This document shows positions 18,624 to 26,458 of a stretch of DNA of 44,344 nt, piece after piece. The stretch covers positions 1 through 44,344 of the forward strand of contig CAYYLR010000001.1 of assembly GCA_964472485.1 (NCBI GenBank), in the 5' to 3' direction. Position 1 is the stretch's first letter; each line of letters begins with the position of its first letter. Position numbers and translations under genes: made by a program. Source of the DNA: an uncultured Coriobacteriaceae bacterium. GTDB lineage: Bacteria > Actinomycetota > Coriobacteriia > Anaerosomatales > Anaerosomataceae. The notes under the pieces were generated by a model. It did no database searches. It was not told where the DNA came from and saw only the letters and a list, made by a program, of their open reading frames with translations.

Positions 18624-19205
18624 CTAGGCGGGAGATCTCTGATAGGGGAATGCATAGAAGGCGATCCCCTCGTACTGGTACGTGGCGCCATGGTTCATCT
18701 GAACCATCGACTTCTCGGCTTCGGAGATCGTGTAGAAGTGGCTTCCGTTCTTCTTGTTGTAGAAGCGGTAGACCGGAACCGCAGGAGAGCCCCGGTCGTT
18801 GAGGAACACGTCGTACGCGACACCCTCGTACGCGTAGGTCGCGCCGTATGACGCGATGATCTTCGCCTTCTCAGCTTCGGAGACGGTGTAGAAGTGGCTG
18901 CCGTTCTTCTTGTTGTAGAAGCGGTAGAGCGGCGCGGTCTGCGCCTCTTCCCACCAGTCGGCGTCCGCCGTCATCCAGGCTGGGCCTTCGAACGTGAACA
19001 GCGTCGAGTACTTCGAGCTGACCGCGTCGCGCTCCGCGCCGGACGCCGTGTAGAAGTGGCTACCGGTGCTCTGGTTGTAGAAGCGCCAGACCGGCGCGGC
19101 ATCGACGTCCGCGAACGCCGGAGCGGCAAGTACGGGTACGAGCATGGCGACAGCGATCGCGATGATCAGACCGCGTGCGACGAACCTTCTGCTGGATCGG
19201 GCCAT
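18624..19205 (-). CDS. Secreted protein with three 'RFYN-x3-GSHFYT-x-SEAEK' repeats (uncharacterised repeat family; I believe it is catalogued as DUF5648)
   Basis: 193 aa. Signal peptide/TM ends in AAPAFA. Repeats: VWRFYNQSTGSHFYTASGAERD, LYRFYNKKNGSHFYTVSEAEKA and VYRFYNKKNGSHFYTISEAEKS. Confidence 0.8.
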   Translation of the reverse strand: MARSSRRFVARGLIIAIAVAMLVPVLAAPAFADVDAAPVWRFYNQSTGSHFYTASGAERDAVSSKYSTLFTFEGPAWMTADADWWEEAQTAPLYRFYNKKNGSHFYTVSEAEKAKIIASYGATYAYEGVAYDVFLNDRGSPAVPVYRFYNKKNGSHFYTISEAEKSMVQMNHGATYQYEGIAFYAFPYQRSPA

Positions 19206-19284
19206 CGTGCTCCTTCCGGTTCACAGTATCGGTGGCGGTGATTGAATCGGCGCATACATGAGAGGCGCGGGAGCCACTAATGGC

Positions 19285-19863
19285 CTACAAGTGCGTCCCT
19301 CTCGGCAGAGCGTAGAATGCGATGCCCTCGTAGGTGTACGTCGTGCTGTGGTACTGGCGCACCGTTGCCTTCTCGGCTTCCGAAATCGTGTAGAAGTGGC
19401 TGCCGTTCGCCTTGTTGTAGAAGCGGTACACGGGCAGTGCTTCCCCGTGAAGGTCGTACAGGTAGACGTCATATGCGACACCCTCGTACGTGTAGGTCGC
19501 CCCGTACGACGCGAGGACCTTCGCCTTCTCGGCCTCCGAGGTCGTGTAGAAGTGGCTGCCGTTCTTCGTGTTGTAGAAGCGGTAGAGCGGCGCGGTCTGC
19601 GCACCTTCCCACCAGTCGGCGCCCGCCATCCGCCAGGCCACTCCTTCGTACGTGTACCGCCCAACATACGCGCTCATGACCGTGTCGCGCTCGCTCGCCG
19701 AGGCGGTGTAGAAGTGGCTACCGGTGCTCTGGTTGTAGAACCGGAACACGTTCGTCGGCTCGATCATGATGCCGAACGCCGGCAGTGCACCGGCGAGCGA
19801 GATGAGCACGGTGAAAGCGATGACGGTGATCGCCATCGGGCTCCAGCGCTTGATGCGTACCAT
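19285..19863 (-). CDS. Secreted protein with three 'RFYN-x3-GSHFYT-x-SEAEK' repeats, paralogue of 18624..19205
   Basis: The inner ATG at 19863 gives 192 aa beginning MVRIKRWSPMAITVIAFTVLISLAGALPAFG, which matches the paralogue's length. The architecture is the same. The 297-aa version adds an implausible Arg-rich N-terminus. Confidence 0.8.
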   Translation of the reverse strand: MVRIKRWSPMAITVIAFTVLISLAGALPAFGIMIEPTNVFRFYNQSTGSHFYTASASERDTVMSAYVGRYTYEGVAWRMAGADWWEGAQTAPLYRFYNTKNGSHFYTTSEAEKAKVLASYGATYTYEGVAYDVYLYDLHGEALPVYRFYNKANGSHFYTISEAEKATVRQYHSTTYTYEGIAFYALPRGTHL

Positions 19864-20095
19864 GGGCACCACACTGTCCTTTCGGTCGGCGACCCTGACC
19901 CGCGTCGGGTCACGGGGTCGGGCTGTCCGCGCGAGCGACGCTCGGACGAGCGCTCGCGCGCCCTCAGAGGTATGTACCCGGGATTCGTCCTCACGAGCGC
20001 CCGCCTGCGTGCCGTCCGTCAGCTGGGTGTCAGCTGGCATCGAGCGCCTGCCGATATGCATAGTGAGACCCGACCGCCCGGAACATGGAGGATCC

Positions 20096-20323
20096 GTGAG
20101 AGTGCAGTCCGCAGCCGCCCTTGCCGAGTACATCGAGAGCCTCTCGGCCCTGGACATCGCGGAGCGGATCCTGGCCACAGATGCGGCGGTGCTCCGCGAC
20201 TGCGCCGCCTATCGTGTCAGGGGCGCCGATGACCCGAGCGCACTCTGCGAGATCGCCGGGCTGTGCGCCTCCCCCTGCTGGCGCGCCCGGCCCGCGTCGA
20301 GGCTGACCGGCTGCGACGGCTGA
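20096..20323 (+). CDS. Small hypothetical protein (75 aa, 5 Cys), not separately listed in the ORF track
   Basis: The GTG at 20096 is preceded by GGAGG with 4-nt spacing. It is in frame with the tail of ORF 19766..20323. About 85-90% G/C at third codon positions across the 75 codons. Sequence: MRVQSAAALAEYIESLSALDIAERILATDAAVLRDCAAYRVRGADDPSALCEIAGLCASPCW... Confidence 0.4.
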   Translation: MRVQSAAALAEYIESLSALDIAERILATDAAVLRDCAAYRVRGADDPSALCEIAGLCASPCWRARPASRLTGCDG

Positions 20324-20414
20324 GGCGAGCGTCCGACCCCCGCCGTCGCCTTCTCCGCCAGCGTCGCGCGTGGTACGGTCGCTGCTGGACGCTGCCATGG
20401 GCCGAAGGGGACGC

Positions 20415-20741
20415 GTGACTGACCACTACCGATTGCTGCAGGTGCGCCGAGACGCCTCACCCGAGGTCATCGCCGCGGCGTATCGGCGGCTCATGCGTGA
20501 CGCCCACCCTGATCTGGGCGGGGACGTCGAGGTCGCCCGGCGACTGAACGACGCGTACGAGACGCTGGCGGACCCGCGCAGACGCGAGGACTACGATCGA
20601 TCGCTCAGCCTTGAGGTGGTCGATGATGTCAACACCCGTGCGGTGGAGAATGCGGCGTTCGCCGCTGGTCGCGCGGTCGGGCGTGCCGCGGCGCAGGCGC
20701 GCGGCGTGCTCCGTGAGACACGCGAGGACATCGGTCTGTGA
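20415..20741 (+). CDS. J-domain-only protein (DnaJ-like co-chaperone domain with a short C-terminal tail)
   Basis: DHYRLLQVRRDASPEVIAAAYRRLMRDAHPDLGGD...LNDAYETLADPRRREDYD contains the HPD tripeptide. There is no G/F or zinc-finger region. The GTG at 20415 follows GAAGGGGA; alternative starts lie at 20397 (ATG) and 20370 (GTG). Confidence 0.75.
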   Translation: MTDHYRLLQVRRDASPEVIAAAYRRLMRDAHPDLGGDVEVARRLNDAYETLADPRRREDYDRSLSLEVVDDVNTRAVENAAFAAGRAVGRAAAQARGVLRETREDIGL

Positions 20742-20751
20742 CGCCGTCGGA

Positions 20752-22164
20752 TCAGAGCGCCGCCGCCGCGGTATCGCGGTTCGCTGTGGCCGATGCGGCC
20801 GTGCGTGCGGGCGGCCCTGCCACCGGCTTGCCGCGAAGCGACAGCACCTCGACCAGGGCGCGCACGGCGTCACGGTCGTAGAGTCTGCCGGCGTTGGCCA
20901 GCAGTTCCCTGACCGCCGCGTCATGCGAGGACTGCTGTCCGTAGTATGCGCGGTTGGTCATGCTGTCGTAGACCTCACACACCGCCAGGATCCGCGCGCC
21001 GAGCGGGATGCGGGTGTCGCGCAGGCCCTCGGGATAGCCGCTGCCGTCGACGCGCTCGTGATGGTAGGCGATGGCATCCTGCACGAAGGCGTCGAACCCG
21101 GCGATCTGCGCGATCTCGGCGCCGACTCGCGCGTGTCGCTGCACCAGGAACTGCTCGTCGGCGGTGAGCGGTCTGTCGGCGTTCGCGATACTGGCCGAGA
21201 GGGTGACGATCCCGACGTCGTGCAGGAGGCCCGCGAGCCCAAGGGCGCGGCGGTCCGCGGGGGTGAGCTGCATGTGCATGCCGACCGCGCCGGCGAGATT
21301 CGAGACGCGCATGGCGTGCTCCGCGTAGTCAGGACGCTTGCTTGACACGAGGTGCTGCAGCACGGCGAGCGTTCCGTCGAGCTTCGAACGCGCCTCGGTG
21401 ATGAGCTCCTCCCGCTCCATCGCCAGTTCGAGCATCCTGCCGATCAGTCCGAGTGACTCGAGCTGTCCGGCTTGGAAGACGCGATCGCGATTCCACATGC
21501 AGAGGACGAATCGCAGCTCTCCGTTGACTCGGAGCGGCACCGATATCGCCTGGCCGTCCTCGCCGCGGAACGTGTCGATGAGCATCGGTTTGCCCTGGCC
21601 GGCCGCTCGCAATGCGACGAGCATCAGCGCCCGGCGGGCCTGGTGCTCGGGAACCTCGCTCGACATGAACGCGGCCTCGATCTCCTGCCCGACCACCGCG
21701 GAGGCGTCGGCGCGGTAGATCTCGGCGGCTCCCGCGAGGACGCGCCCAAGCGCGGACTTGAGCCCCTCGTCGGCCAGCGCCGAGGCTGATGCGTGCGAGA
21801 AGGTGAGCATGCGCGCGGCGTCCTCGGCGGTCCGCCGGTGCTCCTCGGCTCGCTCGATCGCATGGTCCACCTCGGCACGAAGCCGGCGGCGCTGGTCGGC
21901 GACGTAGACCAGCAGCAGCACCACCAGACCGGCGACGAGGCCACGCGCCGCGTCATCCGCGAGCGGGACGGCGCCGGGAAGAGAGACGCCGCTCGCCGAG
22001 AAGAAGTACACGAGCATGACGATCGTGAGGAACAGCGCGAGCGCGACGATCGTCGATATGGCGTCCAGCTGCCGGTCGCGGCGGTGTGCCCGCTCGATCG
22101 GGGTGGCGGGCTTCATGGGACGATCGCTCATGGGACTCCAGACCCTCCGGGCATCTTGCATCAA
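20752..22164 (-). CDS. Membrane-anchored GAF-like/HD-GYP protein (canonical c-di-GMP phosphodiesterase motifs)
   Basis: 470 aa with two N-terminal TM helices, a GAF-like middle region, then HAMRVSNLA...GLLHDVGIV...QRHARVGAEI...YHHERVDGSGYPEGL...EVYDSMT. The exact start is uncertain. Confidence 0.85.
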   Translation of the reverse strand: MMQDARRVWSPMSDRPMKPATPIERAHRRDRQLDAISTIVALALFLTIVMLVYFFSASGVSLPGAVPLADDAARGLVAGLVVLLLVYVADQRRRLRAEVDHAIERAEEHRRTAEDAARMLTFSHASASALADEGLKSALGRVLAGAAEIYRADASAVVGQEIEAAFMSSEVPEHQARRALMLVALRAAGQGKPMLIDTFRGEDGQAISVPLRVNGELRFVLCMWNRDRVFQAGQLESLGLIGRMLELAMEREELITEARSKLDGTLAVLQHLVSSKRPDYAEHAMRVSNLAGAVGMHMQLTPADRRALGLAGLLHDVGIVTLSASIANADRPLTADEQFLVQRHARVGAEIAQIAGFDAFVQDAIAYHHERVDGSGYPEGLRDTRIPLGARILAVCEVYDSMTNRAYYGQQSSHDAAVRELLANAGRLYDRDAVRALVEVLSLRGKPVAGPPARTAASATANRDTAAAAL

Positions 22165-22272
22165 GTATCGGCTCCCGCCCGTCTGCGCTCAATGACCGTT
22201 CATCGATGCATCAGTGATTGCGTGCCATGAGCCGACGACGGACGGTACGAGAGCGGAGGCCAGCGGATGGGT

Positions 22273-22302
22273 GAAGCCGCTCATCATCAGATGAGCGGCT
22301 TC
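22273..22302 (-). terminator. Hairpin terminator downstream of the HEAT/HD-GYP bicistron
   Basis: Perfect inverted repeat GAAGCCGCTCAT / ATGAGCGGCTTC (12-13 bp) with a 4-6 nt loop, about 50 nt past the stop at 22353. Confidence 0.55.
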
Positions 22303-22352
22303 TTCGGGTCACACATGGCTGGAGGCCGATCAGGCCCGCGGCGCCCTCGCGG

Positions 22353-23831
22353 CTACAGGTACTGCCAGACGTCGTCGATGCCGGCCTCCGCCGCGGGAAC
22401 GACCTCGACGATGCTGCGGTCGAACCCGCCCGTCTCCGGGTCGATGAGCCGCAGGTCGATCGTCTCCGGCTCGGTCAGCCAGCGTCCGTCAGGGCCGACA
22501 ACGACCTTGACCCGCGGTCTGAGCAGGTCGTCCTTGTTCACGCGGAACACGATCGCGGTGCTTCCGTCGCTGATCCGCACCACGGCGCCCATCGGGTAGA
22601 TGCCGAGCAGCGCGACGAGCGCCTTGGTCACCGCCGGGTCGTACGCCTTGTCGCGGCCCTGCATGAGCACGGCGAGCGCCTTGTCCGGGCGGATCTCCCG
22701 GCGGAAGGGTCGCCGCGTCGTCATGGCGTCGTATGCGTCGCAGAGCGCGACGATCCTCGAGAACAGGTGTTGCTCCTGGCCGCTCTTGGGTCGCGGATAC
22801 CCTTGCAGATCGTGGCGTTGATGATGCTCGTAGGCGACCACCATCGGCATCTGGTCGACCAGCTGGATGCGCTTGAGCAGGTCGGCCCCTTCGGTGGTGT
22901 GGCTCTTGACGATGGTCCACTCGTCGGCCGTGAGCGGCCCCTCCTTGTTCAGGATGTCCTCGGGTATCCGCACCTTGCCGAGATCGTAGAGCAGCGCGGA
23001 CAGGCCGAGGGAGCGCACCGATTCCGCCTCGAGTCCGAGTGAGTTGCCGAGCGCGACCGAGAGGATGCAGACGTTCAGCGAGTGGTTGAGCGTGTAGTCG
23101 TCGTGACTCTCGATCGCGGTGAGGCCGAGGATCGCCGCCGGGTCCTTCAGCAGGGCGTCAAGCAGCTGGCTCACCAGGCGCTGCAGCGGTTCGACCTCGA
23201 ACACCCTGCCGAGCTTGGCCTGGGTCTCAACATCGTGCATGAGCTCGATACCGCGGTCGTACGTCTCCCGGGCCTGCGCCTTGTTCTCGCGCTGTTCGGC
23301 CTCGCGGACCGCGTCGTCTATCTCCGTCGTCTCCGCGACCTCGACGGCCCGCGCGCCACGCGCGACGAGGAACTCCCGAACCGGCTCGATCCCGGTGAGT
23401 TCCGGCGTGTTGAGCATCTCGGTGACGATGCCGGCGTCGGTGACCCCGAACCCCCGGCGGAGCGTCATCGCCGAGACACCGCGGGCGAGCAGGTCGTCGA
23501 TGAGCTTGCGGTACGTCACGCTCTCCTCAGGCAGCACCTGGTTCTCGACGAAGAGCGTCGCCTTGTAGACGTTCACGGTGACACTGTCGAAGCCGAGTTC
23601 AACGAGCTCGGTCACCGCATCGGCCAGGTCCTGGCGTGACGTGACGACGAGGGGATGCGTCGCGGGGTAGAGCGCCGCGTTGGTGTGCGCGACGGCGAGC
23701 GTGCGTGCGAGCGCCCGCGCCGCGTTCAGGCGGCGTCCGGTCGAGAAGGGGGCCTGCGCCGCAGGCTGGGCGAACGCGGCCATCTCCTCAGGTGATTCGA
23801 GGCGGTCGTCCTGGTCGCGGGGCTCGGTCAC
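22353..23831 (-). CDS. Degenerate HD-GYP domain protein (HD replaced by YD; HHQRHDLQGYP) with an N-terminal module shared with the upstream HEAT protein
   Basis: 492 aa. Domain string: LNHSLNV...SALLYDLGKVRIPEDILNKEGPLTADEW...SHTTEG...YEHHQRHDLQGYP...DAYDAMTTRRPF. Tyr282 (TAC, plus-strand 22986-22988) replaces the HD histidine. The GTG start overlaps the upstream stop (GTGA). Confidence 0.85.
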   Translation of the reverse strand: MTEPRDQDDRLESPEEMAAFAQPAAQAPFSTGRRLNAARALARTLAVAHTNAALYPATHPLVVTSRQDLADAVTELVELGFDSVTVNVYKATLFVENQVLPEESVTYRKLIDDLLARGVSAMTLRRGFGVTDAGIVTEMLNTPELTGIEPVREFLVARGARAVEVAETTEIDDAVREAEQRENKAQARETYDRGIELMHDVETQAKLGRVFEVEPLQRLVSQLLDALLKDPAAILGLTAIESHDDYTLNHSLNVCILSVALGNSLGLEAESVRSLGLSALLYDLGKVRIPEDILNKEGPLTADEWTIVKSHTTEGADLLKRIQLVDQMPMVVAYEHHQRHDLQGYPRPKSGQEQHLFSRIVALCDAYDAMTTRRPFRREIRPDKALAVLMQGRDKAYDPAVTKALVALLGIYPMGAVVRISDGSTAIVFRVNKDDLLRPRVKVVVGPDGRWLTEPETIDLRLIDPETGGFDRSIVEVVPAAEAGIDDVWQYL

Positions 23832-25762
23832 GGCTCCAGCTCCTTCCGGTTCGACGCGTCGGCGCGCTCGATCGACTCGAGCACGCGGCGCGCTAGGTAC
23901 CGCAGCTCTCGGTTCTTCTTGCCCACCACGAGCTTCCGGGACGCGAGCCGGGTGAGCGCGGGAACGGCCTCGGTCGAGTGTAGCGTCTCCAGACTGCGGA
24001 GCGCCTCCTTCTTGAGCTCGTGATCGCGCTCGAACAGCTTCGTTGAAGCCACGAGGCGCATGAGCGCCGGGACCGCCTCCGCCGCCCTGGCGCGTCCGAT
24101 CTCGCGGGCCGCGTACCGGCGGGTGTCCGGGTCCCAGTGTCCGAGCGCGCCCTGCAGGAGTTGCGACCGCTCAGCGCCGGGGGTGTCGGCGACCGCCGCG
24201 AGCGACGCCTGCCGGACCCTCTCGTCCAGGTTCTCCAGCCCGAGCGCCAGCGTCGGCAGCAACCGCCGGCTGCCGATGGAGCCGAGCAGTCGTGCCACCG
24301 CCGCGGCGGACGCCGCGTCGCCTGAACGCAGTATCCTGCCCGCGACCGGGCCGAGCGCTTCGGTCATCGCGCCGGCGGCCGGCAGCAGTCGTGCCCGCTG
24401 CATCTCCGAGGCCTGCAGGTACGCGGTGACGAGGGCCTCAGCACCTGGAGCGCCGGCGGTCTCGAGCAGGATCCGGGCGCTCTCGGCTTCAGGCTCAGCG
24501 GCGAGCCGGATCGCGCAGGCGGTGAGCGATTCGGGGGAGGTGAGCGCGGCCCGTCCGGCCGCGATCACTCCGCCGAGGGACGGATCGGCGGCGAGGGCGT
24601 CGAGGACCGCCGAGGCGGAGAGCGCCTCATCGAAAGCTCCCTCGCGGAGAGCGGGGGTGATGGCCTCGACCATGGCTTGTACGCTCTCAGGAGACGGCGT
24701 CTCCTCGGCCATGCGCATCGTCATCGACAGGCCGCGGGCGGCGCGGTCCCGCGGCGTCGCCGCCTGGATGAGCGAGCGGAGGTGCGCGTAGTCGGCCTCG
24801 CCCGATGCCGCGACGTCGCCGGCCATCGCTTCCGCGTTCGACTCCTCCGGAACCCCGCACTCGCGGTCGGTCCGGGGCGCGGGGCGCAGGAGGGCCGCGA
24901 GTTCGGCCAGCACCTCGGGGGGGAACGCCACCTGGTCGAGCATCGACGCGGGATCACGACCGCTGCTGAGCGCCGCGAGCCTGAGCAGACGGGCGAGCGC
25001 GGCCGGCGGCATCCGCGCGATGACGGCCAGCATCCCCTCCATCCGCTCGCCGGAACCAGACTCCGTGAGCGCCGCGTTGAGCAGCGAGGTCCGCGTGTCT
25101 TCATCCAGGAAGCGGAGCGCTTCCGCGCATCGCGCGGTAGCGAGTTCGCGAGCGGCCGGCTCAAGGCGACCGATCGCTTCGGCGACGAGGTCGGTCGCTT
25201 CGGCGCCACGGCCAGCGGTCTCCGCCCATCGCCGGCCCGCGTCAGCCAGTCCGTCCGCGATGTCCTCGAGCGGCGCGGCGGCGAGGTCGAGCCCGAGGAC
25301 CCCCTCCTCGGTGGACGCACGCAGGGTGACCTCGATGACCGCGAGATTCGCGACACCGGATTCCAGTAACCGTGCGCGCAGGCCTCCCGATTCGCGGATC
25401 GCGCGGGCGTCACCGCTGATGAGGTCGAGGAAGCGGCCGGCCTCCTCGTCCGAGAAGCCGGGTGCGATGATCAGCTGGCCGACCTGCAGCGCGTGCAGCG
25501 TCTCCGCGAGCGCGGCGATCTGCGGCACAGTCTCCCCGACGGGGACGTCCCCGACGAGGAAGCGGTCGCGATCGACGCGGAACTGGAGCGGACCCGAGTG
25601 TGCCGTGACCGCGGACGCGCCCTCGGTGAAGCGGTGTATCGCCTGCGACCGGAGCGGGCTCGCCGGGGGGTAGAGGCGTACCGCACCGGCCGCGCCCGCT
25701 ACCAGGCGGAGCACGTTCTCGGCGCGGGTGGCCACTCCGGGGGTGGCGCGCTCCACGAGCAT
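23828..25762 (-). CDS. HEAT-repeat protein of unknown function, translationally coupled to the degenerate HD-GYP gene
   Basis: 644 aa, Ala/Leu-rich and all-helical. C-terminal HEAT-like repeats are present (DERVRQASLAAVADT..., DPDTRRYAAREIGRARAAEAVPALMRLV, EALRSLETLHSTEAVPALTRL). The N-terminal roughly 120 aa resemble the N-terminus of the downstream protein. Confidence 0.75.
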   Translation of the reverse strand: MLVERATPGVATRAENVLRLVAGAAGAVRLYPPASPLRSQAIHRFTEGASAVTAHSGPLQFRVDRDRFLVGDVPVGETVPQIAALAETLHALQVGQLIIAPGFSDEEAGRFLDLISGDARAIRESGGLRARLLESGVANLAVIEVTLRASTEEGVLGLDLAAAPLEDIADGLADAGRRWAETAGRGAEATDLVAEAIGRLEPAARELATARCAEALRFLDEDTRTSLLNAALTESGSGERMEGMLAVIARMPPAALARLLRLAALSSGRDPASMLDQVAFPPEVLAELAALLRPAPRTDRECGVPEESNAEAMAGDVAASGEADYAHLRSLIQAATPRDRAARGLSMTMRMAEETPSPESVQAMVEAITPALREGAFDEALSASAVLDALAADPSLGGVIAAGRAALTSPESLTACAIRLAAEPEAESARILLETAGAPGAEALVTAYLQASEMQRARLLPAAGAMTEALGPVAGRILRSGDAASAAAVARLLGSIGSRRLLPTLALGLENLDERVRQASLAAVADTPGAERSQLLQGALGHWDPDTRRYAAREIGRARAAEAVPALMRLVASTKLFERDHELKKEALRSLETLHSTEAVPALTRLASRKLVVGKKNRELRYLARRVLESIERADASNRKELEP

Positions 25763-25821
25763 CCCCTTCCAGATATCCGTCCAACCGGTCTATCGGTACA
25801 TCATCGGCGGGAAGATACCCT

Positions 25822-26385
25822 ATGTGTAAGCCCCATCAGACCTATGGTGTCCCCATCCTGCCGGCAGTCGGCAGAGCGCGGAGGCCCAGCGTGCCGCTTC
25901 GCAGCGACGAGTACTACCGGAACCTGGTCGAGGACCAGCTTCGCGCGGCCGGATGCGCCGAGCCGCCGGTCGTCGTCGCCTCGGTCGCGAAGCACCTTGG
26001 AGTGCCTGTGCTGCGTATCGGACTGCCGCCATGGTTCTCAGCCGCGCTCATCTACGAGAACGGGATGCCGGCCGTGCTGCTCAATGCCGATCGCACGCCT
26101 GAGGTCCAGGATCGGGCTCTCGCGCACGTGCTCGGCCACCTGCTCGCCGCGCTCGACGATCCCGAGTCCGCGTATCCGCGCGGGAGCGATCCGGACCACC
26201 GGTTCGCCGAGCTCATGGCCGATGAGTTCCAGACCCCGGGCTACCTCGTCAGAGACCAGGCGCGCAAGTGGTTCAACGACTACCGGTACCTTGCGGGTCT
26301 GTTCGGCGTCACCGAGACGCGCATGTTCGAGCGGATGCGGGACCTCGGCCTCATCAAGGCGCGAGGCGTGATCTGGGACTACTGA
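25822..26385 (+). CDS. ImmA/IrrE-like (DUF955) domain protein with a degenerate zinc motif (HVLGH instead of HExxH)
   Basis: 187 aa. IYENGMPAVLLNADRTPEVQDRALAHVLGHLL...FAELMADEFQTPGYLV...LAGLFGVTETRMFERMRDLGLI follows the ImmA/IrrE layout (..rqrFtlAHELGH..E..AN.FA..lL.P...la..f.VS). The start is uncertain. Confidence 0.55.
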   Translation: MCKPHQTYGVPILPAVGRARRPSVPLRSDEYYRNLVEDQLRAAGCAEPPVVVASVAKHLGVPVLRIGLPPWFSAALIYENGMPAVLLNADRTPEVQDRALAHVLGHLLAALDDPESAYPRGSDPDHRFAELMADEFQTPGYLVRDQARKWFNDYRYLAGLFGVTETRMFERMRDLGLIKARGVIWDY

Positions 26386-26458
26386 GCGCCGGTCGGCCCG
26401 ACTGGTATCATCGTTGCCGTGGCCCGGCGGTGGGCCGAGGCCCGGGCGGGAGGTATCG

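Larger units (their letters stand above)
18624..19863 (-). repeat. Tandem gene duplication with internal repeats of about 180 nt (six copies of the RFYN/GSHFYT unit in total)
   Basis: The 78-nt stretches 18886-18963 and 19544-19621 differ at only 3 positions. The motif GTGTAGAAGTGGCT(G/A)CCG...GTTGTAGAA recurs six times on the plus strand. Confidence 0.75.

Noticed and set aside
18624-19863. Regularly recurring motifs of about 40 nt that could superficially suggest a CRISPR-like or satellite array.
   Set aside because: The repeats are in-frame coding repeats of two protein genes (the RFYN/GSHFYT units). Their spacing is irregular at the DNA level, there are no unique spacers, and there are no cas genes.
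19921-19965. A GC-rich stem-loop (CGCGCGAGCG...CGCTCGCGCG) in the divergent region upstream of the second repeat-protein gene, considered as a riboswitch or attenuator.
   Set aside because: It has no recognisable conserved riboswitch core and several alternative pairings are possible. Simple GC-rich inverted repeats are common here. Without covariation data it cannot be supported.
17661-20400. Possible genomic island integrated at tRNA-Phe (accessory-looking genes downstream).
   Set aside because: There is no integrase or recombinase. I could find no direct repeat of the tRNA 3' end downstream, and there is no sustained compositional break. The tRNA is followed by its own terminator hairpin.
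25541-25552. A 12-bp perfect palindrome GGGGACGTCCCC, plus other CGACGTCG-type palindromes scattered in coding regions.
   Set aside because: They lie inside well-supported CDSs, their flanks differ from the GTGACGTCAC motif, and short GC-rich palindromes are expected frequently at this base composition.
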